DNA of 63,407 nt, the filler included, from Reclinomonas americana ATCC 50394 (lineage: Eukaryota): assembly GCA_048213135.1 (NCBI GenBank). It is 16 parts of 16 records of this genome, joined end to end, with 100 filler letters (N's around TTAATTAATTAA, not from the genome) between each part and the next. Parts side by side here need not be neighbours in the genome. Positions count along the whole stretch, not along the records: positions 7,335 to 13,659 come from AFZH01020411.1; positions 13,760 to 18,269 come from AFZH01020412.1; positions 18,370 to 23,331 come from AFZH01020413.1; 13 more parts are not named here. One strand, written 5' to 3'. A program made the translations under genes and the position numbers. The notes beneath the pieces are model-generated. The model was not told where the DNA came from. It did no database searches and saw nothing but the letters and a program-made list of their open reading frames with translations. Numbering within the stretch: position 1 is the stretch's first letter; the number at the start of each line of letters is the position of its first letter. Shown here in pieces: positions 10,990-23,431 of this stretch.

Positions 10990-13602
10990 ACATACCGGTG
11001 GCGGAGCCACATTCCGAGGAGTTAATGATGACGACGGTGGGGCCGAGCTGCTGGAGCGCAAGCACCAGTCGAACGGACACCGCACAGGCGACACAGTTAG
11101 AGTCATAGGATCCACGGCAGGCCAGTACCCCTCGTCAACGATGAGGGTATTGCCGCCCTACATGTGCGCGAGGAGCTGGCAATGTGAGCGAGGGCTGATC
11201 AAAAACCCACTCTGCGCGTCACACGCAACTGGACATTGCGCCACGGAGGGACACGTGGCACAACTCGCAGAGTTGAGGGAAAAGTCATATTGGCCGTACG
11301 GACACGCACTGCAGCGTATCGGAAATAGGCGTGGAACAACACCAAAGCCAGGCGGGCAGCCGCCCATGGTGGGCGACATGGTCACCAAACCACGCACAGT
11401 CGCCGTTGCTAATCATACACGCACAAGCAGAACGTGCCGTGAGCAGCCATCTGTACGTGTATTCCATAACGATGTCTTATCATCGCAGACGCAACATGGC
11501 AACTGGTACCAACTGGGTGTGGAAACATAGACCACAATCTCGTCGCCGATGCTCCCTTCAGGAAGCAATTGCAGAAAGCCGACGCCACTCACCGTGGACG
11601 CCAGCACATCGACAACAGTGCTGCGCAATGAAAACAGCAAACGAGTTACGGCATGTACCTTGCGTCAATCCATGAGAATCACTGACCAGTTGGTGCATTT
11701 CGCCTCGACTACAAAATTGTTCAGTGTCGACATGAAATTCTCAAACACGTCGTAGACGCTGTACAACACACACAATATACGAGGGTCAGCGATATGCACT
11801 CGAAGGTGGGCAGGGCAGAGAGGAAATGCCGAAGCACACCTTACGTTGAGGGTCGTAGGCAACCCGGGTACGAAAGACCACTGCGAGCCAACGTCGACGC
11901 GGTACGGAGACGATGCCATGCTCGGACCGTACTCTGCGTAGTTGTTGTCGAACACGGTCTGCGACAGCAGATCGTCGCACAACGACACAGCCAGCAACGC
12001 CGACAGATCCTGGCAACGTCAACAGTGAACATAGGCAGGCTCACGCGCAGTCGCACAACAACAATGTACCTCCGACTGAATAAACATGCCTCCGCCACCA
12101 CCTAGCCCACCATCTGGCAGAAGCGCAGTGCTGGCCACGACACTTGGCGCGCTTGCACGATTACCACGCATGTATACGTTCTGCACGTGGAACGGCTGGA
12201 CACAGGGTGATTGCGACGATCTGGTGACACAGGCATGATGAGACAAAGGCATGCAACGAGATGCAGGTGGGTACGGGAGTACTCACGAGATCATGGGCGG
12301 CACTGCGGAACTATTGACAAACATGGCGCCACCGAGCTGCGCTGTGTTCTCCAGAAACCACTGCAGGATGGACCCACCGATGCGTTACAGCCCATGACAC
12401 CACGTCGCTACTCGCTGTCTCCCTCCTGTCGCCACTCACCGATTGCACCACCTGCACGCTCCCGGTGCTTCCGATCCACAGCCCACCACCGTTCGAGGCA
12501 GTATTACCAGATAGCGTCCTGTAGTGCAAACAAACATCAACCACCACACACCCTCGAGACGATATCCGTTGCAGTCAGACGCAACGTGTTCACCGCAAGA
12601 GCGGTGGCACTGTTCGACACAAACACTGCACCGCCCAGTGTTGCGCTGTGTTGCAGTCCAGTGAATAGGGAGGCTACTTTACGAACTTTCTGACAATCCA
12701 AAAATACGCACCTATTCGCGACAAATGACTGCGCCGCACCACCTCACAGCTGTCAGCGCAACAACACACCATCGGGAGACAAGAGCAGCAACAACAAAAA
12801 AGACGCAACGCAATTGCTCAGGGCCACCGACGACCTGCAGCATGGCGGCACACGGCAGGAGTGAGCGTACACGTCAGCACAGACAACTGCGTGGGCAAAC
12901 GACCACATAACTGCAGACGACCGCTAACAGCACCACCATAGTAGGAAGTCGAATTCCCAAATGTACATTGCGTAAAATTCACTTGGGCCTGCAAGCATTA
13001 GCGTCACGCTCCGTGGAAACGCAAACACAGTACAGAACAGGAACTCTTATTTCATCCCCAACGCACCTGGTTTTCCAGATCAACAACGCCCCCGTTGCCG
13101 ACACTCGTGCAGTTGCTGAATTGTACGTTGAAGACGTCAATCACGGAACGATCATCGGCAACCTGTGGACCCCGTGCGGGTGATCAGAATAATGAACGAC
13201 AGAGACCACCGAGGAGGCATGTGGACTGCAACTTACCAAGGCACCTCCGGCGTTGCCACCAACTGCGCCCACAACAATCGAGTCGTGGAGCTGCAATCGA
13301 GAGGCGTCTGTCACGTAAATACAGCTGCAAGAAAAACAACACCGTCAACATAAGCCCACGATTGTTATGGACACATTTGTGTCGGTCACAGACACACCCT
13401 CCTGCAGACAAGTGAGATTGTCAGAAGACTGCATGGAAGCTGCGCAAGAAAAAGCAGTCAACACAGACAGCCAACCTCGCGCCAATGCTTGACATCGCAG
13501 CAGTGATGATGTACGCACAACCATGGTCGCGGTCTGCCGAAGGATGGCAACTCCTACGTACAAGAAGATTAGCTGTCGACTGACAAATGCTTCGGCGGCA
13601 GA

Positions 13603-13658
<56 letters not shown>

Positions 13659-14169
13659 CNNNNNNNNNNNNNNNNNNNNNNNNNNNNNNNNNNNNNNNNN
13701 NNNTTAATTAATTAANNNNNNNNNNNNNNNNNNNNNNNNNNNNNNNNNNNNNNNNNNNNAATCCCCCACCATGCAGTGCATTGGCCGAATTGCTGAGCAA
13801 AACCGCCAATTGAATCGTCGCCGCTTGCGATGTGGTCAAGTAGAACGCCCCTCCCACTGGCGCTGAGTTATACTGCAGGATGGCGCTGGTCACGTGCAGC
13901 ATGCATGCGTCCTCCACAGCTGTCGCTCCACCGGCCACTGCGCAGCGACCCAGATGTTATCACCCACTCTCTCTCGCACCCCCTTCCTGTCTTCGTCATC
14001 CCATCACGCAACACAACGCCGTGTTATTGCCCATGGTTCCTCCAGTCACAGTGACTGCGCCTTGCGTGTGCGCCGACAGACAACCACCGTTCTGCGCGTC
14101 GTCGTTGAGCACAATACGCGGAGACGACAAAGTTAACACACATACACACACACACACACACACACATAT

Positions 14170-14218
<49 letters not shown>

Positions 14219-16019
14219 TACAGATCTATACGAACCAGTGCTGCCGTATTGAACTGCGTATGCGAGAGCAATAGAGTGAGAAATCAAGCAAGCCAGACTT
14301 CATCATAGACACAACTCAGTAGCACCACACACCAGACAATCTGTAGCGTACATGGTAAGGGCGCCGCTTTCGGCGTAGACGGCGCCACCATCCTTGCTCG
14401 CCGAATTATTCTTCAGCTGGCAGTTGTCAAAACTCAAGGTGCCGGAACTCTCCAGGGAAGCCGCACCGCCACTGCCCGCCACGGTATTCTGCTGCATGAT
14501 GCAGGACGAAGCGTTGACAGAGGACGATGTCTCCACCGCCAACGCTGTGGGATCGGTGTCAGAAACTGTGTTCGACGTGGACAAGAAGAGCAGTAGTCGT
14601 GCACGCGATAGTCACCAGCGCCAATGCCCTCAAACGGCAGCAGACCAAACGAGCCCAGCACCGAGTTCTCGACAAGTGTGCGCGTGAGCTGAGCGGAGAC
14701 GTACGCCGAAAAGTACAGAGCGCCACGAATTCTGTTCGACAAGCAGAGTGAGACGTTTCAACAAAGGGGCGCACACCGGTCAAGCGGCTTACCTTGGCCG
14801 CGACAAAAAGCTATACGGTTGGTCAATTGCACCCACGAGGGTCCGTGTGGCGTTGAAGAAGCAGCTACGCAGTCGGTCAGCGAGAGAGTTTGCAGCTGAC
14901 ACACACGACGTACACAAACTCGCGCAACTCGGTGACAGTCAACTGACTGTACTGGCAGGCGAGCAGCGCACCGCCACCGGCATCCACTCCCGTCGCTGTT
15001 GACAAGATTGACACTTGCACCGTGTTCGCCTGAAACTGAACATTGCTTAGCACCGCAGGAGCCACTTCCAGGAGCCACAGCGCGCCGCCACCGACCCTGC
15101 GTTCATCGTCAGATACATTGACGGTGTGATGCGACTGACCATCATCTCCCAACGCGTACCAGCTGGACTGTGCCGTTGCGGACGACACTGTCGCCACAAC
15201 AGAGCAGTTGACAAACTGGCTGTTGGTAATCCGGAGCGGTGTCGGCGCATTCGAATAGCCGGACACATAGATACCACCTGCGCACGCACGCAGCGGTCAG
15301 TCTCTCCCTCACAGACACGGCTCGGAGCCGATCACGGTCTTGCTGGCACGAACGCACCCCCTCCAAGCTGGATCTGAGAATAGGTCACGTTCTGAAAGCG
15401 AACCGAGCAGTTCGCCATGTACAAGCGATCAGCAATAAATGATGATCCTCGCCTACCACAAACGGATGTAATGTGTTCAGCGGGCAACACAGTCGCGGCA
15501 GAAAAATGAAGCTGCTGAACACGCTACGAAACCAAATAAAGATTCCACCGCCACCGGATGCGCTCAGCTGATTAGTGGCGCCCACAAACAGTGTCGCATC
15601 CACAATCGTTACATTTGAGGCCGTGACGGTACCTGCGAAATGGGGCCACAAATGAATCGGCAGCGAGGACGAGCGATCGTGATTATCACTGCATTTCTCA
15701 CCCTGCAAAAACATCGCTCCGCCGCCACCATAGTTGAAGAGATCTCTGCCGGTGGGGAAGGTCACTGAATCGAGAACGACAATGCCGGTCAGTGCACAAA
15801 CAAACGAAAAGCTTGTTGAGACAACTGGTGCACGAAACTTTCGCCAAAGTACACGCTGCACTGCGTCAAAGTGACGTTGGTGAGCATCAGGTTGAACGTG
15901 AACTGCGTCCAAAAACATCCACCGCCGCTGTTCGGGAACACTGACGGCGCGGTGGTCTGTGGCGTCGATTGCGTAATCGAAGTAGAGCACCTGGGCGACA
16001 CACACACAGTCAGTTTCAG

Positions 16020-16058
<39 letters not shown>

Positions 16059-18185
16059 AGACAGGGCCACCCACCGGGTCATCGCCACATTCGTCAGCGA
16101 TCCAAGTGCCATTGCAATGCATCCGCCAGACGATTGCACACGGCCACTCAACGTTTCGTGCACCTAAAAGATGCAAATGTCAGCCACGGCACATAAGCGG
16201 GAGCGCGTACAACGGAGACACCAACCGTGACCGACGAGCTGGTGGACGATGCGATGCGTACACAGAGCAAGTCAGTCAACACCAAACGTCACATGCCTTT
16301 ACCTCCACTCGTACGCACTTGCTTACACTGGTTCCGTGGAGGTACATGGTGCCCTCAAACGTTCCATCCAGGGCACCAACGCCCAGGACGCTACCATCTT
16401 GCTGGCAAGTTACAGACACAATCGTCCGACAACCCGCAATGTAGGAGCCGTAATCGATCCACAAACCGGCCGTTGCAATCGCAACAGCACTTCCGCCCAC
16501 GAGAAGTTGGACGGTTGGATCGACTCTGCATCAACACATGCACACCCATCCGTTGCCTCCAACTCAGTCACTGTGAGAGACGACGACGCATGTAGGAACA
16601 GATAAAATACGCAACGCCGACGGTGGTGTGATCGATAATACAGTGACTGTGGAATTCGTCACACTGCAGTCGATAGTGGTGAGATTCTGCGTGCCGGTCG
16701 CGTACAACGCTCCGCGGACATTGTACACCACAGACACGGCGGACTGTGAGCTTTCCAAAAATACCTGCACAATGCGAGTCAATTTTTGTGACAGGCAGGC
16801 GATTACTTTTCTCACCGCATGGGGCGATCCGCACCTCGTCCGAACTCATTTGCACGCGCGTGAGAACCGCAGAGCCCGTGGACAGCAATATAGAAGAACC
16901 GCCCATCAAACTGGTGTTCGCGTTAAACTGATTGCCCACCTGCGAGGCGACGATCCGGTTGCGTGCAAACACACTGCTGGTGACCGACAGCGCAATCTGC
17001 ATAGTCATCAGCGCACTTCCACCCATCAACGACATCACATGCGTGCTGTTGGTTATTTGGAAGAGATTCTACAGCGCAGTGGCCACACACAGTTGATGAG
17101 CGTGACTGCGTGGAGTATCGGGGCGATTGCATGGTGTACCTCGGTAAACGTGCAGTTGACCAGTTGCATGTTTGCATTCGTGACCGACATTGATACCGCA
17201 CTGGTGGCACTCAACCATGCCAGTCCTGCGCCGCCCGAGTTCGGCTACCAGCAGGCACACAGATGCTTAGCGAACGTATCGCGAGACACAGCGACAGTAT
17301 AGTTTGAGTCACGCACCGTTGATCCCTGAAGGTTGAATAAATTTACGGAATTCGTGACGAACTGCGAACCGGTGGCGTTGAGGCTGAGATACGTGCCTGC
17401 GACACGATCCACCACCATTACTTAGCAAGATAGTAGCCAACAAAGACACACCGAGCTGTCACCGCGATTGCCGTACCACTTGCCAGCATGCCAGCGCCAC
17501 CAAGCGCACATGTCACCGTTTCACCACCGGATTGCACCGTGTTGCCACCAACCACATTGCCTGTGAATGTGGTGCTGCCGAAGAGTGCGACGGAGAGCAG
17601 AGGTGCTGTCGAGCCCACCACACATGTATCAGTCAGTGGCCACGAAACAAACAGGAGAGAATAATCGCTACGCACCGGCTCCGGGCGGTGGGTTGTTGGT
17701 CAGTAGCTGCGTCAACACAGCACTAGTATGCATGCTAGTGAGCAAAGAGAAACGTACAACAGGATATCCACGCGTGCAGGCTACCCACCAGCCTGCACCG
17801 CCACCACCGAGGTACGACGAGCCCGTCAGGGACACCCACTGAGTGACTGTCACCGTGTTATTGGCAAACAGGCAGTCGCCAATGTTCAGCGTGGACGCCA
17901 GATAAGGTGCCGACGCTGCGATACACGGTGTCATGAACAGGCGACAACAAGATCGCACTACACAAGCTGCTGCTCACCGACAATACTATAAACGAGCAAC
18001 CCAGCGCCGGCAAACACGGGAGTGGTGCTGAGCGTCACCGTCGGATTGGACACTGTGATGGAGTTGCCCGCAAACGTAGTGCTGGTGACTGCCATCACAG
18101 TCTGCCCTGTCGACACAATGCCTACCGCTGCGCCACCCCACGCAAACTGCGTATATGGGACGCCAGCGCTGTTGGCGCCAATCTA
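7617..18185 (-). CDS. Very large multi-exon surface protein: Pmp-like beta-helix repeats (GGA[LVIM]/FxxN), Cys-rich region, C-terminal multi-pass TM domain; 5' end in gap
   Basis: Exons contain NNSASKDGGAVY, NTVAGSGGAA, NSAPVGGAFY, GGGAMF and FDNNYAEYG, then CSACPYGQY/CATCPSVAQC and GYRTGTFCGTPETTP-type Cys segments, then TM exons with WESVLLARRIVL and YRTRWDNL. Spans the gap at 13660; exon boundaries only partly resolved. Confidence 0.75.
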
Positions 18186-18369
18186 TTATGACATGTATCC
18201 GCCAGCGAGTTAGTCAACGCGTTGTGTCGGCTCCTCCTTCTCCTCCTCCTCCTCCTCCTCCTCCTCTCTNNNNNNNNNNNNNNNNNNNNNNNNNNNNNNN
18301 NNNNNNNNNNNNNTTAATTAATTAANNNNNNNNNNNNNNNNNNNNNNNNNNNNNNNNNNNNNNNNNNNN

Positions 18370-21300
18370 GCGATCTTGCAGGCGCTCCGGCAGAATCTGG
18401 AACACTGTGTGCACGAGACAGGGAACGCAATCAACACGTTGTGGATCACGAAAAACGACGACATTCATGATCAGCTCACCGTGCATCACCTCCGACACGC
18501 CCTTCAGCTCCATTGGCTATCACACCAGAGATTGTCAGTCACGCCATCGGAAAGCAGGAGAGAGAGAGAAAGAGACAGCACACAATAGACGCACCCCAAT
18601 GTAGTTGGTCACCACCGGCATGTCCAGTTCGAGTCGCCCTTCAGAGTCCTGTGTGTGTACCGCGCCGAGTGTCAGTGAAAACAAACACAGAAAAAAACGT
18701 GTGCATTCGTCAGCGACTGACACGCAACTCGTGGCAATGTGCGCAGGAACTCGTCCGATACGTGGATCATGCCGCCCTTGGCCGTGCCGGACACACGCGC
18801 ACCTCGATTGATCGTTGTGCCTGGGTGTGTCATTATGTCAGTCAGCGTCATGAATTGAATGAGTGGGACACAGGGGTACAGCGCACCGTAGTAGTCCAGT
18901 CGACCCACGACCTCGTCCATCTGTGTGTCGTGCACAACATGCAGTGAGTGAGCACGACTTCACAAGCTGAAATGGTAATCGTAGACTCTGCTCACCTTGT
19001 GCGTGGCTTCGCCGAAGTGCAAGCCCATACGAATTCTGAGTCCACGGTAGATGACGCCATATCGGGCCGAGTCCACAATCGCTCCATAGTTGAGCTTGTA
19101 GAGAGCTTTCGGCCAGCGTGTCTGCGATAGAGAAAATGGTGGTGAGATGCGATGCGATCCTTGTTTCCCGACAACAGTCGTGTCTTGTCACCTCCAGCAG
19201 CGCCATTTGCGTCTCCAGTGCCCAGTGAATCGCATCGAATGGCTTGCTGAAGGACACCATGAAGGCGTCACCTGCCCCACAGCAACAGAGTCAGGCACAT
19301 TCCTCTTGTCTTGGTGTGTTGCACGTGTGTTTGTGATCCAAACCTTCAGTCTTGACCTCGAAGCCGTTGTGGTCGCGCAATCCGCGACGCATGATGCGGT
19401 GGTGCTGCTGAATGCAGCGCGACATCAGATCGGCGTCCGTCTCCCACAAAGCCGTCGAGCCTGACAAGACTGTGTCAGTTTCTCAACTCAGTTCAACCTG
19501 CACACCGCACCGACTCACCTTCAATATCCTGTTCGATGGAAGGATACACAAAGAAGACAAGATCACAAATCAGAAACACTTCACATCGCTTTCGTTAAAA
19601 ATGAACCCACCGTGAAGCCGACCACGATCTGCACATCCGTGGAGAAAGAAAATGAGCGACCTGCTGATGGCATAAGTGATGGATGGGCGACAGCACTGAC
19701 CGTTCCCTTTGGTGCGTTGTCCAGGGCGGCGACATAGAGATCCTCGGCGTCGACGCCGTACGCCTGGCTGTCGTTGTGCTCCTCGCGGTAGGTGCGGTCC
19801 TTGTAGATGAAGCGCGAAAGGTACATGAAAACAGCGGTGTTGGCGAGCACAAATGAGGCCACGACGACGGAGGTGAATATTTGAATCAGTAGCTGCATGC
19901 CGCGATTCGCCGGGATATTTCCATGAACTATGCACGCAATCACGATAAGCCTCAAGACACATCCTGCACTCCGTTGAAAGCACGCAGGACCCACCGCTCT
20001 TCACATGCTCGTCCTTGTAAAACACGCCCGTCAATAGGAGGCCCACCACAGAGCACACTCCATGGACACCAATGGCGTCGCACGGATCTGCATGTACATC
20101 GTTCAGTTTGTCGTCGACTAGCGAAAGGAATTGTGAGAGGGCAGTACCGTCAATGTGCAGACGCCTGGAAAGCCACTGCGATGCAACAGGGAAGAGGAAT
20201 GAGAAGGAGGAGTGCGCACGGAATGCCATTGCCATGCTTTCCAACTGACCACGCCCGAATGGTACGCGGCACCGCACACGCAGCCGATGATGAATGCCGC
20301 CCACGGTTCCACGAACGCGCATGCTGTGTGTCTACACTTCAGGCAACGACGAGGGTGTGTTAAAGACTACAGCTTGTCAGACGAACCAGATGTGACGCCA
20401 ACCAAGCCGGCCAGCGACCCGTTGAGCATCGAGTTGACATCGTAGATGCCCATACGCATGCTAGACGCATACATACACACATATACACATACGTGTGTAA
20501 GTGCAAGAAAGCAATCATGTTTTGGATGTTCACTTGCACACACCGAGCAATGAACAATGCGGCGAGCGTGGCACCCGAACCGGCAACAATGGTGTTGATT
20601 GCTGCGCGACCTGTGATGCGCGTAGATGGTTCAGCGAACCGCGTCCACAAGGCACTCACTATTTGACCTGCTGTCAAGTCGTACCTGCAGTGCGCATTTG
20701 ATCTGTACCGGGTGCGATGGTGACGGTGGAGATGGAGTTGAACCCCTGGGACACGTCGCGAGTTAGTTCCAAGAAGGACGACGCCAGCCGAATGGTCAGT
20801 GCGAACTTACCAGCCATCCGAACCACAAAATGAAACTGCCCAGCGCCTGCAACATTTGTTGCGTCTTCACCCACTGTGAGCGAACCATCTCCAGTGTGGT
20901 GTCGGCCTGCACATGCACGTGTGAGTATCGCTCGTGGACGGCTGCAGATACCAAAGACACAACGCATGCATATATGCACCGCCACGTTTTCCACAGAGTC
21001 GTCCTCGGTGGCTCCGCCCACCGAGGATCCGCGGTCGGAGGAATTGTTGTCGGGGGTGACCTTTGGCGTGCCGAACACCACACCCGGGCGCGGACCGATA
21101 ATCTGAAGCGTAGGCGTCAGCAGAAGAGACCGTTGAAGTGCACGCCCAAGAAGATCTCACAGTGCGCACCGCTGCACCGGCGATCGAAGCATATCCGCCA
21201 ACCATGTGCACAGCACAGTCGCCAGCGAAATCGAGCACATAGTAGCCACCGAGAATTCGCTTCTCCACCGGCGCAGAGCTGCACAGATCGCTGAAGTTAG

Positions 21301-22661
21301 GGCACCGCTGGCGCAATCACATAGACACACATTCAATGTGCGTACCCACTGAGCCAGCCATCTGCATTTTTTCAGTGGTCAGCAAAACGAATAAAAACTC
21401 GGACATCTGAGCGCACAAACACCGTCTTCCTCACCTTTGCTCCATGTCCAGTGCGCGATCACACCATAGACCCAGCTGCAAATGAACAGGTTCAGTATGA
21501 GGTAGCCCTGCAGCAGCGTCGGGTGAGATCACAGACAGGATCACAGTGCGCACGCAGCCACCAAGTGCGAAACTGAAAACTTGATGCGCTCCTGTGTGTT
21601 GTCGCATTGTCAGAGCTCGCATTACTATCAGTGAGGGAAAGGACAAGTGGGACGCAACGGCCACAGCTCCAGACATCACAGTGCCCTGCTCAGCGAGAGA
21701 GTGTCAGACGCGCGCGCGCGTGTCGTGTGCTGCGCGGATTTCTAAACTCCATAAGGACGCAACAGCTGCAGCGCAGAAACCAAAACCGTACATCCACACC
21801 AGCGCCTCGTTGGTGTTGTTGGGAATGGCAAACACCTGATTTATGTTGAAACCAAAAACACCATTCGACTCTGTGTGTGTGCGCGGTGAGAAATAAGGAG
21901 ATCAACTGCTTTCCAATTTGAGAAACAGTATGTGCGTGCGAGCAGAGGGCAAGGAGGAGAGTCTGACTGGCTGCGCGCGTAAGCCCACGTGTGTTTGTGT
22001 GCAAGTGTGTGCGTGTATGCATGCGCTCGAGGCGAGAAGAGTACTCTGAGTGCAAAACCGAAAGTGACCGTTGACGTACCCGAATAGGCAAGAGTGCTTC
22101 CCAGCGCCCACCAGGCCAGCGCCGCCGTTCCCGTGTCGGCATAGTTTTTGAGCACGATAAGTTGCACGCCCTTTTTCACACTTGCTGCCTGCGACGTGCA
22201 CGGGGGAAAGAGAGAGCGGGAGAGTGAGCGAAAGAGAGTGTCAGAACGAAACACGAAACACCCAACGAACACACACACACACCACAAGGCATGCAACGTG
22301 CGACAACTCACCTCAATGAGCAAAAAGCCAGCCTTCATGAAGAACACGAGCGCGGCACCGACGAACACCCACTGTCATAGAAAAAAAGCGTAAGACTGCC
22401 TTCCTTGTTTGGCGCGCACACAGCAAAAAGGACGTTTCTTCTTCGTTTCAGGCACACAAGCGAGGGAGAGAGATGTGGTGGTGTGCACCAGACACACACG
22501 CACGCGCACGCACAGATCGAGAAAGAGATAAAGGAAGACAGACACACGTTTGCAACAGGGCAAGAGTGATGTTCAGAGAGTTTTGGTGCAAGTCAGTCAT
22601 CGCACGCAACAACAGCATTGACGCTCAGCGTCAGCTCTGCGCTGGCGTTGGCACCGCTCAT
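18370..22661 (-). CDS. Ammonium transporter (Amt/Mep) - class III adenylyl cyclase fusion, paralog A; last residues lost in gap
   Basis: Hand-spliced: MSGANAS..NAV|WVFVGAALVFFMKAGFLLIE|..SGAVA|ERIKFS|..HWTWS..DFAGDCAVHMVGG..ILWFGWL|GFNSIST..NGSLAGLVGVTS..ID|DPCDAIGVHG..TM11. The same exon (19701-19927) runs on to DNAPKGT|IVVGFT|DIEG|STALWE..EVKTEG|DAFMV..GLRIRMGLHFG..LDYYG|TTINRGARV..ELKG..QILPERLQDR. Confidence 0.93.
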
Positions 22662-22959
22662 GAGAGGAGGCTAAATCCGTGAAACCGACGACAGGGGGCC
22701 GAGCGACAATCGCTCCGTGCGACACAAACAACAAAACGTTAACGACGTCGCGTATACGTACGAAGGACAAATAAATTAGATGCGGTCAACGACATGCATA
22801 GAGGGGGCAGAGCGAAGTGTGGTCGCACGCAGCACTCCCCCTCTCACATATCTGTCAAGCCCGCGTACCCCCAAAGAAAAGAGAAAAAATTCTGTATTTC
22901 TCACGCGCGTGGTGCGCAACTAACTTCCAAAACTTACACAAAAACACTTCTCGACGCGC

Positions 22960-23331
22960 TCAGAACCGCTCGCCTGTGCCGCCACCACCACCGAGACTCC
23001 AGAAGTCACCCTCGAGACCTACTTGCGTGAATATGTCACGCGCCTCCTGCACGGACCACTTGCGCCAGTCGCGGCGCGCATGCTGACCGTACCACACTCG
23101 AGAGAGCGCAATGAGCTGCGGCATGGGCACGACGGCACCGCGTGCGCTCTTGATGGCCCCTCCACCGCAGTGCCGCTGCACCCACGCGTCAATGTCGTCG
23201 GCGCAGCGAAATGGCACACAGCAGCTGCACGTGTGATGCACGTTGTTCCAGGCGCGTCGAGGCGGCACCGAAAAGTGCACCACCAGCTCTGGCTGGTCAC
23301 ACTGCATCGAGTCGCCGCCATCGACGCAAAT
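22960..23331 (-). CDS. Alkylmercury lyase (MerB)-like protein, C-terminal half; 5' end in gap
   Basis: Intronless open frame from the contig end: LVVHFSVPPRRAWNNVHHTC..F..ADDIDAWVQRH..G..VP..QL..LSRVWYGQH...W.KWSVQEARDIFTQVGLEGDFWSL..ERF-stop. This matches, from memory, the C-terminal pattern of bacterial MerB-family proteins. Confidence 0.75.
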   Translation of the reverse strand: MCVDGGDSMQCDQPELVVHFSVPPRRAWNNVHHTCSCCVPFRCADDIDAWVQRHCGGGAIKSARGAVVPMPQLIALSRVWYGQHARRDWRKWSVQEARDIFTQVGLEGDFWSLGGGGGTGERF

Positions 23332-23431
23332 NNNNNNNNNNNNNNNNNNNNNNNNNNNNNNNNNNNNNNNNNNNNTTAATTAATTAANNNNNNNNNNNNN
23401 NNNNNNNNNNNNNNNNNNNNNNNNNNNNNNN

